Shown piece after piece: positions 32,401 to 40,535 of a DNA stretch of 64,000 bases; within the stretch, counting starts at the first letter, position 1; every line of letters starts with the position of its first letter. The notes under the pieces were generated by a model, which saw nothing but the letters and a program-made list of their open reading frames with translations, did not search any database and was not told the DNA's origin. Origin of the DNA: Candidatus Latescibacterota bacterium (GTDB lineage Bacteria > Latescibacterota > UBA2968 > UBA8231). A program made the translations under genes and the position numbers. Location of the stretch: positions 2,528,001 to 2,592,000 of the forward strand of contig OZ241889.1 in the NCBI GenBank assembly GCA_965203355.1, in the 5' to 3' direction.

Positions 32401-34568
32401 CCAAGGCCGACTTTGCACCGCTCGCTCTGCACTATAATGGGCAGGTCCTGCAGGTCCATGTGATGAAGGAGTTTGCCGAGCAGGGACTTGAGGCCATGGC
32501 TGATGCCCTGCGACTGGCTATGGACTACTTCAATCTAAAGGAGGGGGATTTCCTAAGCCGTTGGCTACCCGATCGGGACAAGGAGCTTGCGCGGCAGACC
32601 ACGCCCGAATCGTGGCGGGCCATCGTCGAAAGCCTGAAGAATCCCATCCAACAACGCATTGTCGCGGATGATCGGGAGCAGACCAACGTGCTGGTACTGG
32701 CAGGTCCCGGCTCTGGCAAGACGCGCGTACTCGTGCATCGCATCGCCTACCTAGTGCGTGCAAGGCGCGAAAATCCCCGCGGCATCCTCGCCTTGGCCTA
32801 CAACCGGCACGCGGCGGTCGAGATCCGGCGACGCCTCGTGGACTTGATCGGAAGCGACGCCCGCGAAGTGACCGTGCTCACCTGTCACGCGTTGGCCATG
32901 CGAATAGTCGGCATCAGCTTCCAAGAGCGGGAAAGGAAACGGCTTGACGACGGTGCATTTCGGGCGGTGCTGCGCCAAGCAATAGCGTTGTTGCGCGGAG
33001 AGGGTCTGGAGCCGGAGGAAGCGGACGATCAGCGGGAACGGCTCCTTGCGGGCTTCCGCTGGATACTCGTAGATGAATACCAAGACATCGGCGCGGATCA
33101 ATACGAGTTGATATCGGCCTTGGCTGGTCGGACCCTAGAGGATGAAGAGCGCAAACTCACGCTCTTTGCAGTAGGCGACGACGATCAGAATATCTACGCC
33201 TTTAACGGTGCTTCGGTGGAGTTCATTCGCCGTTTTGAAGCAGATTATGGGCCCAAGCCCACCTACCTGATCGAAAACTACCGTTCCAGCGGCCACATCA
33301 TCACAGCGGCCAATGCGTTGATTGAGTCGGCTCGACAACGAATGAAAACGGGCCATCCCATCCGCATTGACCGGATGCGTACGAAGAATCCACCTGGCGG
33401 CGACTGGAGTGCGTTGGATTCGGTCGCTCAAGGTCGGGTGCAGATTCTGCCAGCGTCCCCCGATCCAGTCTCCCAGGCGCAAGTTGCGCTGGCCGAATTG
33501 CAGCGCCTCGCTACCCTTTCGTCGGGCTGGGATTGGTCCAAGTGCGCGGTGATCGCCCGCGAATGGAAATATCTGGATTCGGTGCGCGCCGGCTGCGAAG
33601 TCCACCGCATCCCGGTGCAGATGGGAAATGAAGAAATCCCCAGCTTCTGGCACCTGCGAGAAACCCGCATGCTTGTTGAATGGCTGCGCGGACGGGAGCC
33701 GCGGATCGCGAGCAGTGCTGACATGAGGGGCTGGCTGGCCGCGCAAACGCCCGGCCCATGGAACGACCTGCTGCGGCAAGCCTTGGACGAGCACTCCTTA
33801 GAAACCAATGCTGCGGAAATGCCAGTGGATCACTTCATTGAATGGCTGGCCGAGTGGGGGCGAGACATCCGCCGCCGCCAGCGCGGGCTCTTGCTGCTGA
33901 CCGCACACCGCGCCAAGGGATTGGAGTTTGACCACGTGGCCGTGCTCGATGGAGGCTGGAACAATGTCGATAAGAGCGAGGACCCGGACGCGCCGCGCCG
34001 GCTCTACTATGTGGCCATGACGCGCGCCCGGCAGACTCTGGCGCTTGTGCGTTTTCGCGGATCGCGCCCGGCCAGAAGTCGCACTCGGCCTGATTTCGCC
34101 AAAGAGCCTGAACCACCGGCGTATTGGGAGCACTCGCTACCGCATGCCTTTCCGCATAACGGTTCAGTTTTACACCGCACGTCTGACGCTTTACAGCCGG
34201 AAACCCCGAAACTCTCACGTCAATATCGGCGACCCAGCCTGCGCGAAGTCTATCTGAGCTTCGCGGGGCATTGCCGCGCCAACCATCCGGTGCATCGTGC
34301 GATTGCTGCTCTGGCGCCCGGCGATCCGCTAAAAACGCGGATTGCCCAAACTGGATCTTGGGAATTGCTGAACCGGTCAGGGACGGTGGTGGGGCGTCTG
34401 GCCCGAGCGTTTGAGCCTCCACCAGGAACGCGATGTCGATCCGCCGAGGTTTTTGCCATCGTGGCTTGGAGCCGCGAAGCGTCGGAGCCTCAGTACCGCG
34501 ACCGCATACAATGCGATGCTTGGGAGGTAGTGGTGCCGGAATTGGTGTTTGAGCCAGCAGGCGAGTAA
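29403..34568 (+). CDS. RecQ-family helicase fused to an N-terminal DEDD-like exonuclease and a C-terminal UvrD/Rep helicase
   Basis: LDLE / GHNLIDFD / VDTL (exonuclease); PTGTGKS, DEAH, TATA, FGMGIDKPDVR, QEAGRAGRD (RecQ); AGPGSGKT, DEYQD, GDDDQNIY, NYRS, HRAKGLEF, YVAMTRA (UvrD). Confidence 0.92.
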   Translation: MDSNLLLRGLSLDLEVGKQDRRIHAFAAVRPDVDRPLVFRDGDLATALAALDEFADGAAFLLGHNLIDFDRPHLKAAKPDLQLLKLPAVDTLRLNPLAFPRNPYHHLVKHYQDGPLKRGRRNDPELDARIALEVFDDQQSALRDAPRGLLKAWHWLTGTGPDGAGFDAVFDAIRCAPRPADAAASAVIRDQLAGITCQNRGRDIVENATQSGWPLAYALAYLSVAGGNSVMPPWVRHQFPAAGALVRQLRDRSCGEADCDWCRERHDPRKELKRWFGFDDFRPEPLNSDGRPMQQAIVEAAMAGEHVLGILPTGTGKSICYQIPALSRYYKTGALTVVISPLVALMADQVAGLEARGVDSCVAINGLLSVPERADALDRVRLGDAGILIISPEQLRNRSLRRALDQREIGAWVLDEAHCLSKWGHDFRPDYRYVGRFIREKAEPDPIPPVLCLTATAKPDVIADIKQHFRDDLGTGLKIFDGGAQRTNLEFTVVPTTEAEKFAHIHQILMADLPPDAPGGAIVYCATQRQTKEVAEFLQDKEIAADYFHAGLPPETKKNVQQCFILGELRVIAATNAFGMGIDKPDVRLVIHADIPGSLENYLQEAGRAGRDRQMARCVLLYMSDDVDWNFRQLARSRLTRREIHGVLRALRNLDRRKRMKGEIVATAGEILGADDEKVFERDSATDDTRVRTAISWLEETVLLTREDNQVQVFPSSLRVDSVQEARSRLAKASLTDDYRQRLLRVAETLIDADPDEGISTDELMGVSGLSAEGVRGALYDLERLGVSSNDTALTAFVHAGVERNSRKRFDEAAELETALIAHLREAAPDMGKGDTSTLHLRVAAQTLRDAGLVDPLPERLQHILRSIARDGRGEKGGTGSIGMQKRDSETVRVTLRREWSDMAELAARRRDGAKLLLDHLLACLPSGSRGTDLLAETTLGKLLEAITADLFFKSRNPEKLLDRALLWLHEQEVIRLHKGLAVFRQAMTIRLAEEKRGFAKADFAPLALHYNGQVLQVHVMKEFAEQGLEAMADALRLAMDYFNLKEGDFLSRWLPDRDKELARQTTPESWRAIVESLKNPIQQRIVADDREQTNVLVLAGPGSGKTRVLVHRIAYLVRARRENPRGILALAYNRHAAVEIRRRLVDLIGSDAREVTVLTCHALAMRIVGISFQERERKRLDDGAFRAVLRQAIALLRGEGLEPEEADDQRERLLAGFRWILVDEYQDIGADQYELISALAGRTLEDEERKLTLFAVGDDDQNIYAFNGASVEFIRRFEADYGPKPTYLIENYRSSGHIITAANALIESARQRMKTGHPIRIDRMRTKNPPGGDWSALDSVAQGRVQILPASPDPVSQAQVALAELQRLATLSSGWDWSKCAVIAREWKYLDSVRAGCEVHRIPVQMGNEEIPSFWHLRETRMLVEWLRGREPRIASSADMRGWLAAQTPGPWNDLLRQALDEHSLETNAAEMPVDHFIEWLAEWGRDIRRRQRGLLLLTAHRAKGLEFDHVAVLDGGWNNVDKSEDPDAPRRLYYVAMTRARQTLALVRFRGSRPARSRTRPDFAKEPEPPAYWEHSLPHAFPHNGSVLHRTSDALQPETPKLSRQYRRPSLREVYLSFAGHCRANHPVHRAIAALAPGDPLKTRIAQTGSWELLNRSGTVVGRLARAFEPPPGTRCRSAEVFAIVAWSREASEPQYRDRIQCDAWEVVVPELVFEPAGE

Positions 34569-34702
34569 TTCGACGACAGCCCTTGGTGTGCGGGGATTGC
34601 GTCCACAATTGGCACCGCATCGCCCGCGCCGGAAAAGTTGACAGCCAACGCGGGAACGGCCTTATTTGCGCCCGCCAACCCAATAGCTAAAGGAGTCTGA
34701 AA

Positions 34703-35254
34703 ATGCCGGATGTTATCGTCGTCGGAGATGGGCCGGGTGGATTGAGCGCGGCGCTCTTTCTCGCCAAAAACGACCTGCGCGTTACCGTCTTTGGCCAAGA
34801 CAAAACGCTCATGCACAAAGCCCTGTTGTACAATTATTTGGGCATTCCCAAGATCGCCGGACCCGAGTTCCAGCAGATTGGCCGCCAACAAGTGCGCCAC
34901 TTTGGCGGGGACATTCAGGACATTGAAGTCAGCCGCGTCGAAAAGGGCGATGGGGGCTTTGTCGTTGAAACCGCCGACGGCCAAAGCCATCAAGCCCAAT
35001 ATCTGATCTTGGCTACCGGGCCGAGCAACCCGCTGGCCGAGAGCTTGGGCGTGGCCAAAGAAGCCGATGGATTGGTCGCCGACCGCCATGGCCGCACCGC
35101 GGTCGCCGGGCTATACGTCATTGGCTGGAGTACTCGTCTGAAGAAGATCCAAGCCATTATCTCGGCTGGAGACGGAGCCTGCGCCGCGCTGGACATCCTG
35201 TCGGCCGAGGCCGGCGAGGACATCCACGACTTCGATCGGATCGAAGACGAGTAG
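34703..35254 (+). CDS. short FAD-dependent oxidoreductase (thioredoxin-reductase-like)
   Basis: DVIVVGDGPGGLSAA, LILATG, QAIISAGDG; AAGGAG SD. Confidence 0.85.
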   Translation: MPDVIVVGDGPGGLSAALFLAKNDLRVTVFGQDKTLMHKALLYNYLGIPKIAGPEFQQIGRQQVRHFGGDIQDIEVSRVEKGDGGFVVETADGQSHQAQYLILATGPSNPLAESLGVAKEADGLVADRHGRTAVAGLYVIGWSTRLKKIQAIISAGDGACAALDILSAEAGEDIHDFDRIEDE

Positions 35255-35255
35255 C

Positions 35256-36218
35256 CTACAGCGCGACGACGCGTTCTTCTATGGCGGATTGGGTGGCCGC
35301 GTGCGTTACGGCTAAGGTCTTGACCGCTTCGGCGTAGGAGCAGCGAATGCCGCTAGCATCGCCGGTTTGTACGGCTTGGAGAAAGGCGCGATCTTGGGCT
35401 TGCGTTGGATTGTTGCCCAGTTCAACGACTTCTCGGCCGCTGGGGCGGTCGATGGTGAGCGCACCGGATGCGAGGCGCAGGACTTGGTTTTTCTGGTAGA
35501 GGTCTAAGCCTACGTGCCCGCCCGCGGAGAGCATACAGGCCGAGGTGATGCTGGCTACCGCGCCGCTTTGGAAGCGGAGGTTGGTGACCGAGGCGTCGTG
35601 GACATCGTAGTTGGGGACGTCTTCCATCAGGCCGGTGCGCGCCATGGCGTGGACGCTTTCGACCTCGCCGAGCAGGTAGCGGGCCAAATCGAAAATATGC
35701 GTGGTTTGCTCGACGATTTGGCCCCCGCTCTCGGCCAGTACCCGCCACCAAGACACCCCGGGCATGCCGCCCAGCCAAGAGCCAAGGGCAAACCCCACCG
35801 GCGCATCGCCGAGGAGTTTGATTGCTTTGGCGGTCGTGTCCATGTAGCGCCAGTGATAGCCCACGGCGCTGATTAGGTTTTGGGCGCGGAGGGCCGCTTC
35901 AACGGCGCGGGCTTGTTCTAGGGAAGTCGCCACAGGTTTTTCGACGAAAATGGGCAAGCCGCGCTCAATGGCCGCTAACTCGGGCTGGGCGTGGGCAAAA
36001 GGCGGCAGGCAGATATAGACCGCGTCGAGTGCCTCGCTGTCGTACAGCGCTTCGTAGTGGCTATAGGCCCGGCCCCCGTACTCGCTGGCCGCGGCGAGCG
36101 CCTTTTCTTCGACTACGTCGCAACAGGCAACCAGCTCGGCCTCGTCGAGTTGGGCGAGGGTGCGCAGATGGTGGTTGGCGATGCCGCCCGTGCCGACAAA
36201 GCCGATTTTAATCGCCAT
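35256..36218 (-). CDS. Gfo/Idh/MocA family oxidoreductase
   Basis: IGFVGTGGIA, FVEKP, GGQIVEQTTHIFD. Confidence 0.92.
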   Translation of the reverse strand: MAIKIGFVGTGGIANHHLRTLAQLDEAELVACCDVVEEKALAAASEYGGRAYSHYEALYDSEALDAVYICLPPFAHAQPELAAIERGLPIFVEKPVATSLEQARAVEAALRAQNLISAVGYHWRYMDTTAKAIKLLGDAPVGFALGSWLGGMPGVSWWRVLAESGGQIVEQTTHIFDLARYLLGEVESVHAMARTGLMEDVPNYDVHDASVTNLRFQSGAVASITSACMLSAGGHVGLDLYQKNQVLRLASGALTIDRPSGREVVELGNNPTQAQDRAFLQAVQTGDASGIRCSYAEAVKTLAVTHAATQSAIEERVVAL

Positions 36219-36287
36219 GGAAAACTTGATCCGTAGTTAGAGGATGCCAGGCCTGAGAAACAGACCATTTTAAGACTAACGAGTGGC

Positions 36288-36317
36288 ATAGTATGGGGCC
36301 TGCGCCGCCATTGTCAA
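36288..36317 (-). promoter_or_regulatory. sigma70-type promoter for the Gfo/Idh/MocA gene
   Basis: TTGACA (36317-36312), 18 nt, TACTAT (36293-36288), about 70 nt upstream of the ATG. Confidence 0.45.
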
Positions 36318-36333
36318 GAGACCATCGGATATA

Positions 36334-37062
36334 ATGAACACAACGCAAAAAGGCCAACTCAGCGACTACAAGGTCCACTACAAGGCCGATGCCGAGGCAA
36401 TTGTCGATCCGCAAGCATTGGACCCGAGGCGTCGAGCCTCGGAAGAACGGCGACTGGAGACCCTCGTGCGCCTACTCGACTTGCACCGCGGCGAACGCGT
36501 CCTCGACATCGGGTGTGGATCGGGTTGGCTGGGGGCGCACTGCCAGCGCCGGGGGGCCCTAGTCTGTGCCATGGACATCGGCTGGGTAGGGGTGGCCGGT
36601 GCCAAGGCCCGCTTTGCGGAAGCAGCCTATCAGGTCGGCGATTTGTACTATCTCCCCTTTGCCGCCGAGTGTTTCGACGCGGTAGTGCTTTCCGAAGTGC
36701 TCGAACACCTCGAAGATATTGGCGCGGCCCTAGCGGAGGCGCGACGGGTGTTGCGCCCGCGAGGGCGGCTGGTGGTGAGTGTGCCGTACCGCGAGACCAT
36801 TATCGAGCACTTGTGTATCCACTGCAATAGGCTAACGCCAGCCCACGCGCATCTCCACCGCTTTGATGAGGAGACGCTCGCCGCCTATCTCCAAGGCGAG
36901 GGCTTTGAAATACGCGCGGTGCGGTTGACGACCAACAAACTGCTAGAATTGGCTGGGTGTGCTGGCTGGCCCTATGCCGCTTGGCACTTGGCCGATGCGC
37001 TTTTGAACAAGATCGTTCCCAAACCGGCCTTCCTTTGCATGTTGGGCGTCCGCCGCGACTGA
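36334..37062 (+). CDS. class I SAM-dependent methyltransferase
   Basis: VLDIGCGSG, LPFA..CFDAVVLSEVLEH, RVLRPRG; small CIHC..HLH motif. Confidence 0.88.
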   Translation: MNTTQKGQLSDYKVHYKADAEAIVDPQALDPRRRASEERRLETLVRLLDLHRGERVLDIGCGSGWLGAHCQRRGALVCAMDIGWVGVAGAKARFAEAAYQVGDLYYLPFAAECFDAVVLSEVLEHLEDIGAALAEARRVLRPRGRLVVSVPYRETIIEHLCIHCNRLTPAHAHLHRFDEETLAAYLQGEGFEIRAVRLTTNKLLELAGCAGWPYAAWHLADALLNKIVPKPAFLCMLGVRRD

Positions 37063-37157
37063 GCCGTCGCCGCCGATCATCGACTGGGTTTTACCGCAAA
37101 TTCAATGATAGATACGGTGCTAAGCCGAGCGGCGTGGGCACTGTCAAGTTGGGTGCC

Positions 37158-38663
37158 ATGGCTGGACAGAATCGACAGGATCGAAGGGGGCGGCTGACGC
37201 GCAAGATCGGCGTTGTCGCTGCCGGGCGCGCGGCCAATACCGCCGGCATCCTCGCTGTTTATGCGCTGGTCGCCCGCGCTTGGACGCCGGAAGAATGCGG
37301 GCTTTTTGGCGCGGTCTGGCTCGTGGGCAATGCGTTGATCCCGGTGTTTTTGTGCGGGTTGCCTACGAGTTTACTCTACTTCTTTCCCCGGCGGGCCGCG
37401 CCGCGCTTGCTCGTCGGCCAAGTGATGCTGTGCTTGGCCGCATCGGGTTTGGCATTGGCCGGAAGCCTGTGGCTGTGGGGAGGGCCGTTGGCCGATGTGC
37501 TGGTGCAAGCGACCCGCGATGGCGAGCAGGTGGCCGCGTACCTGCTGTTGTTCCTGCCCTATCTCTTTGCGGCGGTCGCGGCCGGTGGGGGCGAAGCCGC
37601 CTTGGTGGCTGCCGATCGCGAGCACTATCTGGCTTGGCTGCAACTGGCCATGAGTGGGGCCTTAGTTGCCGGTGCGGGGGGGGCACTGGGGCTAGGGTGG
37701 ACGCCCGCGCAGGTGCTGGTGCTGTTTTCTGGGGTGGGCGTGTTGCGCTTGCTCGCCATCTGCTGGCTAGTGCGCTTGGCATTGGCCGGGGGGCGATGGT
37801 GGGGGTGGGAAGGGCTGGGTGAACTGATGCGCTATGCGCGCCCGGTTGGCTTCAACGACGCGGTAAATAGCCTCTCGCGCTACGTCGATCGCTTTGTGAT
37901 CTTGCACTTTTTCGCGGCTGGCACTTTCGCCGAATACCATTTCGGGGCCATTGAAGTGCCGATTAGCCTGCTGCTGTCGGCGGTGACATCCGTGTTGATC
38001 CCGGAGATTAGTCGGCTCTTTCAGGCGGACCGGCGCGCCGACATATTGGCATTGTGGCAGCGCGCGGTTTTGCGCTTGGCTTTGTTGGTGTTGCCGCTGG
38101 CGGCCTTTCTGCTCGCTTTTGCTGGACCGCTGATTGGCTGGCTCTTTCCAGAATACGACCGCTCGGCTTGGGTTTTCCGCATCTACCTATTGATGCTGCC
38201 GCTGCGCTGTGCCGCGTACAATCCGCTGCTGGTAGGCATAGGTAAGGCCCGCTGGGCGCTGTGGAGTAGCGTGGGGGACTTGTGCTGCAATATCGGCTTG
38301 AGTTGGGTGCTGATTAGCTACTTGCAGGGGGCGCACCCTGAGTGGGCCTTTCTCGGCCCGGCCGTGGCCACCACCGGGGCGACGTACTTGCAGGTAGCCT
38401 TCTTGTTGGCGGCGATTGGCTGGCACTTGCGCTGTGGCTTGCACCGGCTCTTGCCGTGGGGTCGCCTGCTGAAGACCAGCGCAAGGGTCGGAGCCGCGGC
38501 CGTGGTCAGCCGTTGGGTTAGTGCGGATGTGGGCGGCGATTTTTTGCAGGTGGTTGTAGGGGGGATATGCTTTGTGGTGCTGGCCGGCGTCGCGATTTGG
38601 GCCAACCTGCAAGACCGCGCGGAACTGACCCACACTTGGCGGGCGTTGACGCGGAGGCCTTAG
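37158..38663 (+). CDS. oligosaccharide flippase (Wzx/MOP superfamily polysaccharide exporter)
   Basis: About 12-14 hydrophobic segments, GLPTSLLYF, YVDRFVI, LIPEISRL; start placed at ATG 37158. Confidence 0.8.
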   Translation: MAGQNRQDRRGRLTRKIGVVAAGRAANTAGILAVYALVARAWTPEECGLFGAVWLVGNALIPVFLCGLPTSLLYFFPRRAAPRLLVGQVMLCLAASGLALAGSLWLWGGPLADVLVQATRDGEQVAAYLLLFLPYLFAAVAAGGGEAALVAADREHYLAWLQLAMSGALVAGAGGALGLGWTPAQVLVLFSGVGVLRLLAICWLVRLALAGGRWWGWEGLGELMRYARPVGFNDAVNSLSRYVDRFVILHFFAAGTFAEYHFGAIEVPISLLLSAVTSVLIPEISRLFQADRRADILALWQRAVLRLALLVLPLAAFLLAFAGPLIGWLFPEYDRSAWVFRIYLLMLPLRCAAYNPLLVGIGKARWALWSSVGDLCCNIGLSWVLISYLQGAHPEWAFLGPAVATTGATYLQVAFLLAAIGWHLRCGLHRLLPWGRLLKTSARVGAAAVVSRWVSADVGGDFLQVVVGGICFVVLAGVAIWANLQDRAELTHTWRALTRRP

Positions 38664-38947
38664 CCGCTGAGCAAGGCGCTGGCGATCGCCTCCCACTCTT
38701 CGGGCAGCGACGCCTTGCTGTGGGGCTTTTGCGCCCGCTGGTACCAATAGCCGGCGTTGTTTTCGTCGCCTTCGACCCGATGTAAATAAGCATGGACCCA
38801 AGCCCCGATGGGATCGGGCGTTTGCTGGGCTAGCTCGTGGGCTTTGTCCCATTGACCCTTGGCATCGTACCAGAGGGCTTGCAGGGCTTGGGAGGTCTCC
38901 GGCGGGGTTTGTTTTTGCAGGCTTAGTTTGAAGGCTTTGAGGTCCAT
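38660..38947 (-). CDS. conserved small hypothetical protein
   Basis: LQALWYDAKGQWDKAHELAQ...AWVHAYLHRVEGD..NAGYWY, a pattern recalled from a widespread uncharacterised family; GGAG SD. Confidence 0.8.
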   Translation of the reverse strand: MDLKAFKLSLQKQTPPETSQALQALWYDAKGQWDKAHELAQQTPDPIGAWVHAYLHRVEGDENNAGYWYQRAQKPHSKASLPEEWEAIASALLSG

Positions 38948-39024
38948 AAGGGTCGGCTCCAATCGTCGGGTGCGTCCCCTTAATATAGGCTATCGTAGTG
39001 CGGCCATCCACCGGGGGATCCGCC

Positions 39025-39054
39025 TTGCCCAAAAAGTGCGTCGCCCTCTATATT
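39025..39054 (+). promoter_or_regulatory. candidate sigma70 promoter of the hom-(R-M)-apgM-asd operon
   Basis: TTGCCC, 18 nt, TATATT in the AT-rich divergent intergenic region. Confidence 0.4.
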
Positions 39055-39070
39055 TAAAACTTTTAACTTG

Positions 39071-40390
39071 ATGCGAAACAAGGAATTGAGCAAAGACATG
39101 CCAGTAGGAGTGGGATTGATTGGTTTGGGCACGGTCGGCAGCGGCGTGGTCGAGCTGTTGCAGAACGCGCCCGCGTCGTTGCGGCGGCGCAAGCACGTGG
39201 ATTTTGCATTGCGGAGCGCGGCGGTGCGCGACTTGGACAAGCCGCGCAGTCTCGCCATCGCACCGGAGCTGTTGACGGCAGACGCCGGCGCGGTCGTCGC
39301 CGACCCGCAGGTGCAACTGGTGGTGGAATTGACGGGTGCGCCCCCGGCTTTTGAGTGGGTGAGCGAGGCCCTGCGACAAGGCAAGGATGTGGTGACGGCC
39401 AACAAGGCCCTGCTTGCCGAGCGGGGTGAGGAGCTTTTTGAACTGGCACTGGCCAATGGAGCAGATTTGATGTTTGAAGCCAGCGTCGCGGCCGGCATCC
39501 CCATCATCCGCTCGTTGCGCAACGGCTTGGTCGCCAATCGGGTCGAGTCCCTGTACGGCATTCTCAACGGCACTACGAACTACATGCTCACGCGCATGAG
39601 TCGCGGCGCGGGCGACTACGCCGCCGTCCTCAAAGAAGCCCAAGCCCAAGGCTACGCCGAACCGGACCCCACTATGGACGTGAGCGGCATGGACGCCGCG
39701 CAGAAGTTGGCCATCCTCTGCCGCATTGCCTTCCACTGCACGGGCACGGGCCGCGACGTATTTTGCGAAGGCATCGAGCCGATCGAGAGCCGGGATATTG
39801 AATACGCCCGCGAGCTGGGGTATGCGATCAAGTTGCTGGCTATTGCCAAGCAACAGGACGGGCGCGTCGAGGCCCGGGTGCATCCGGCCATGGTGCCAAA
39901 AGACGCGCTATTGGCCAACATCCACGATGAGTTCAACGCCATTCAGGTGCAGGGGTCTGCGGTGGGGCCGCAAGTGTTTTCTGGCCGCGGTGCTGGGCGA
40001 CTGCCCACGGCCAGCGCTGTGGTGGCGGATATGGTCGAGCTGGTCGAGCGCAAGGCCGCCGGTGCGAGCACGTCCATTGGCGACATGGTTTTGGGCGAGG
40101 ACGCCGTCTCGGTTGTGCCCATTGAGAATGTGCCGATGCGCTACTTTATGCGCGTCTTAGTCCGCGACCAGCCCGGGGTGCTCGCTGGTATCTCGCGCAT
40201 TTTGGCCGAGGAGCGCATCAGCATTGCCTCGGTCATCCAAAAGGAGCGCGACTTTGAGGGCGGCTTTGTGCCGCTGGTCATCGTCACGCACGAGGCGCGC
40301 GAAGCCGCGATGCAGCGGGCGCAGCAGGCCGCGGCCACACTCGATGCGGTACAAGGGGCGGTCAAGCTCATCCGCATGGAGGATCTCTAA
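39071..40390 (+). CDS. hom: homoserine dehydrogenase with C-terminal ACT domain
   Basis: GLIGLGTVGSG, VVTANK, FEASVAAGIP, ILNGTTNY, GYAEPDP..DVSG.DAAQK, GAGRLPTASAV, DQPGVLA (ACT); start may be 39098. Confidence 0.95.
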   Translation: MRNKELSKDMPVGVGLIGLGTVGSGVVELLQNAPASLRRRKHVDFALRSAAVRDLDKPRSLAIAPELLTADAGAVVADPQVQLVVELTGAPPAFEWVSEALRQGKDVVTANKALLAERGEELFELALANGADLMFEASVAAGIPIIRSLRNGLVANRVESLYGILNGTTNYMLTRMSRGAGDYAAVLKEAQAQGYAEPDPTMDVSGMDAAQKLAILCRIAFHCTGTGRDVFCEGIEPIESRDIEYARELGYAIKLLAIAKQQDGRVEARVHPAMVPKDALLANIHDEFNAIQVQGSAVGPQVFSGRGAGRLPTASAVVADMVELVERKAAGASTSIGDMVLGEDAVSVVPIENVPMRYFMRVLVRDQPGVLAGISRILAEERISIASVIQKERDFEGGFVPLVIVTHEAREAAMQRAQQAAATLDAVQGAVKLIRMEDL

Positions 40391-40501
40391 CGTGCGCTAC
40401 GTGGTGTTGGTGCCCGACGGGGCGGCCGACTATCCGCTCGACGAACTGGACGGGCAGACGCCGTTGGAGGTGGCCGCTACGCCCTGCATGGATCGCTTGG
40501 C
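40380..40501 (+). repeat. left copy of a 122-bp direct repeat (hom stop plus 5' end of apgM) flanking the R-M cassette
   Basis: Identical to 42912-43033 except T40471 versus C43003. Confidence 0.97.
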
Positions 40502-40535
40502 CAGAGAGGAGAATCTTTATGTTGAAACAATCTGA
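40392..40535 (+). pseudogene. truncated duplicate of the apgM 5' end (47 codons)
   Basis: [41 protein letters not shown], then diverges and stops at 40535, overlapping the endonuclease start. Confidence 0.85.

Noticed and set aside
36311-36335. TTGTCA...TATAAT as a promoter for the methyltransferase
   Set aside because: The spacer is only 13 nt and the -10 overlaps the ATG; the same TGTCAA fits better as the -35 of the opposite-strand promoter
36957-37157. N-terminal extensions in the ORF track (flippase, lpdA, sulfatase, fdhD, PhyH, MTase, apgM)
   Set aside because: They overlap upstream genes or promoters; downstream starts match family N-termini and/or SD sites
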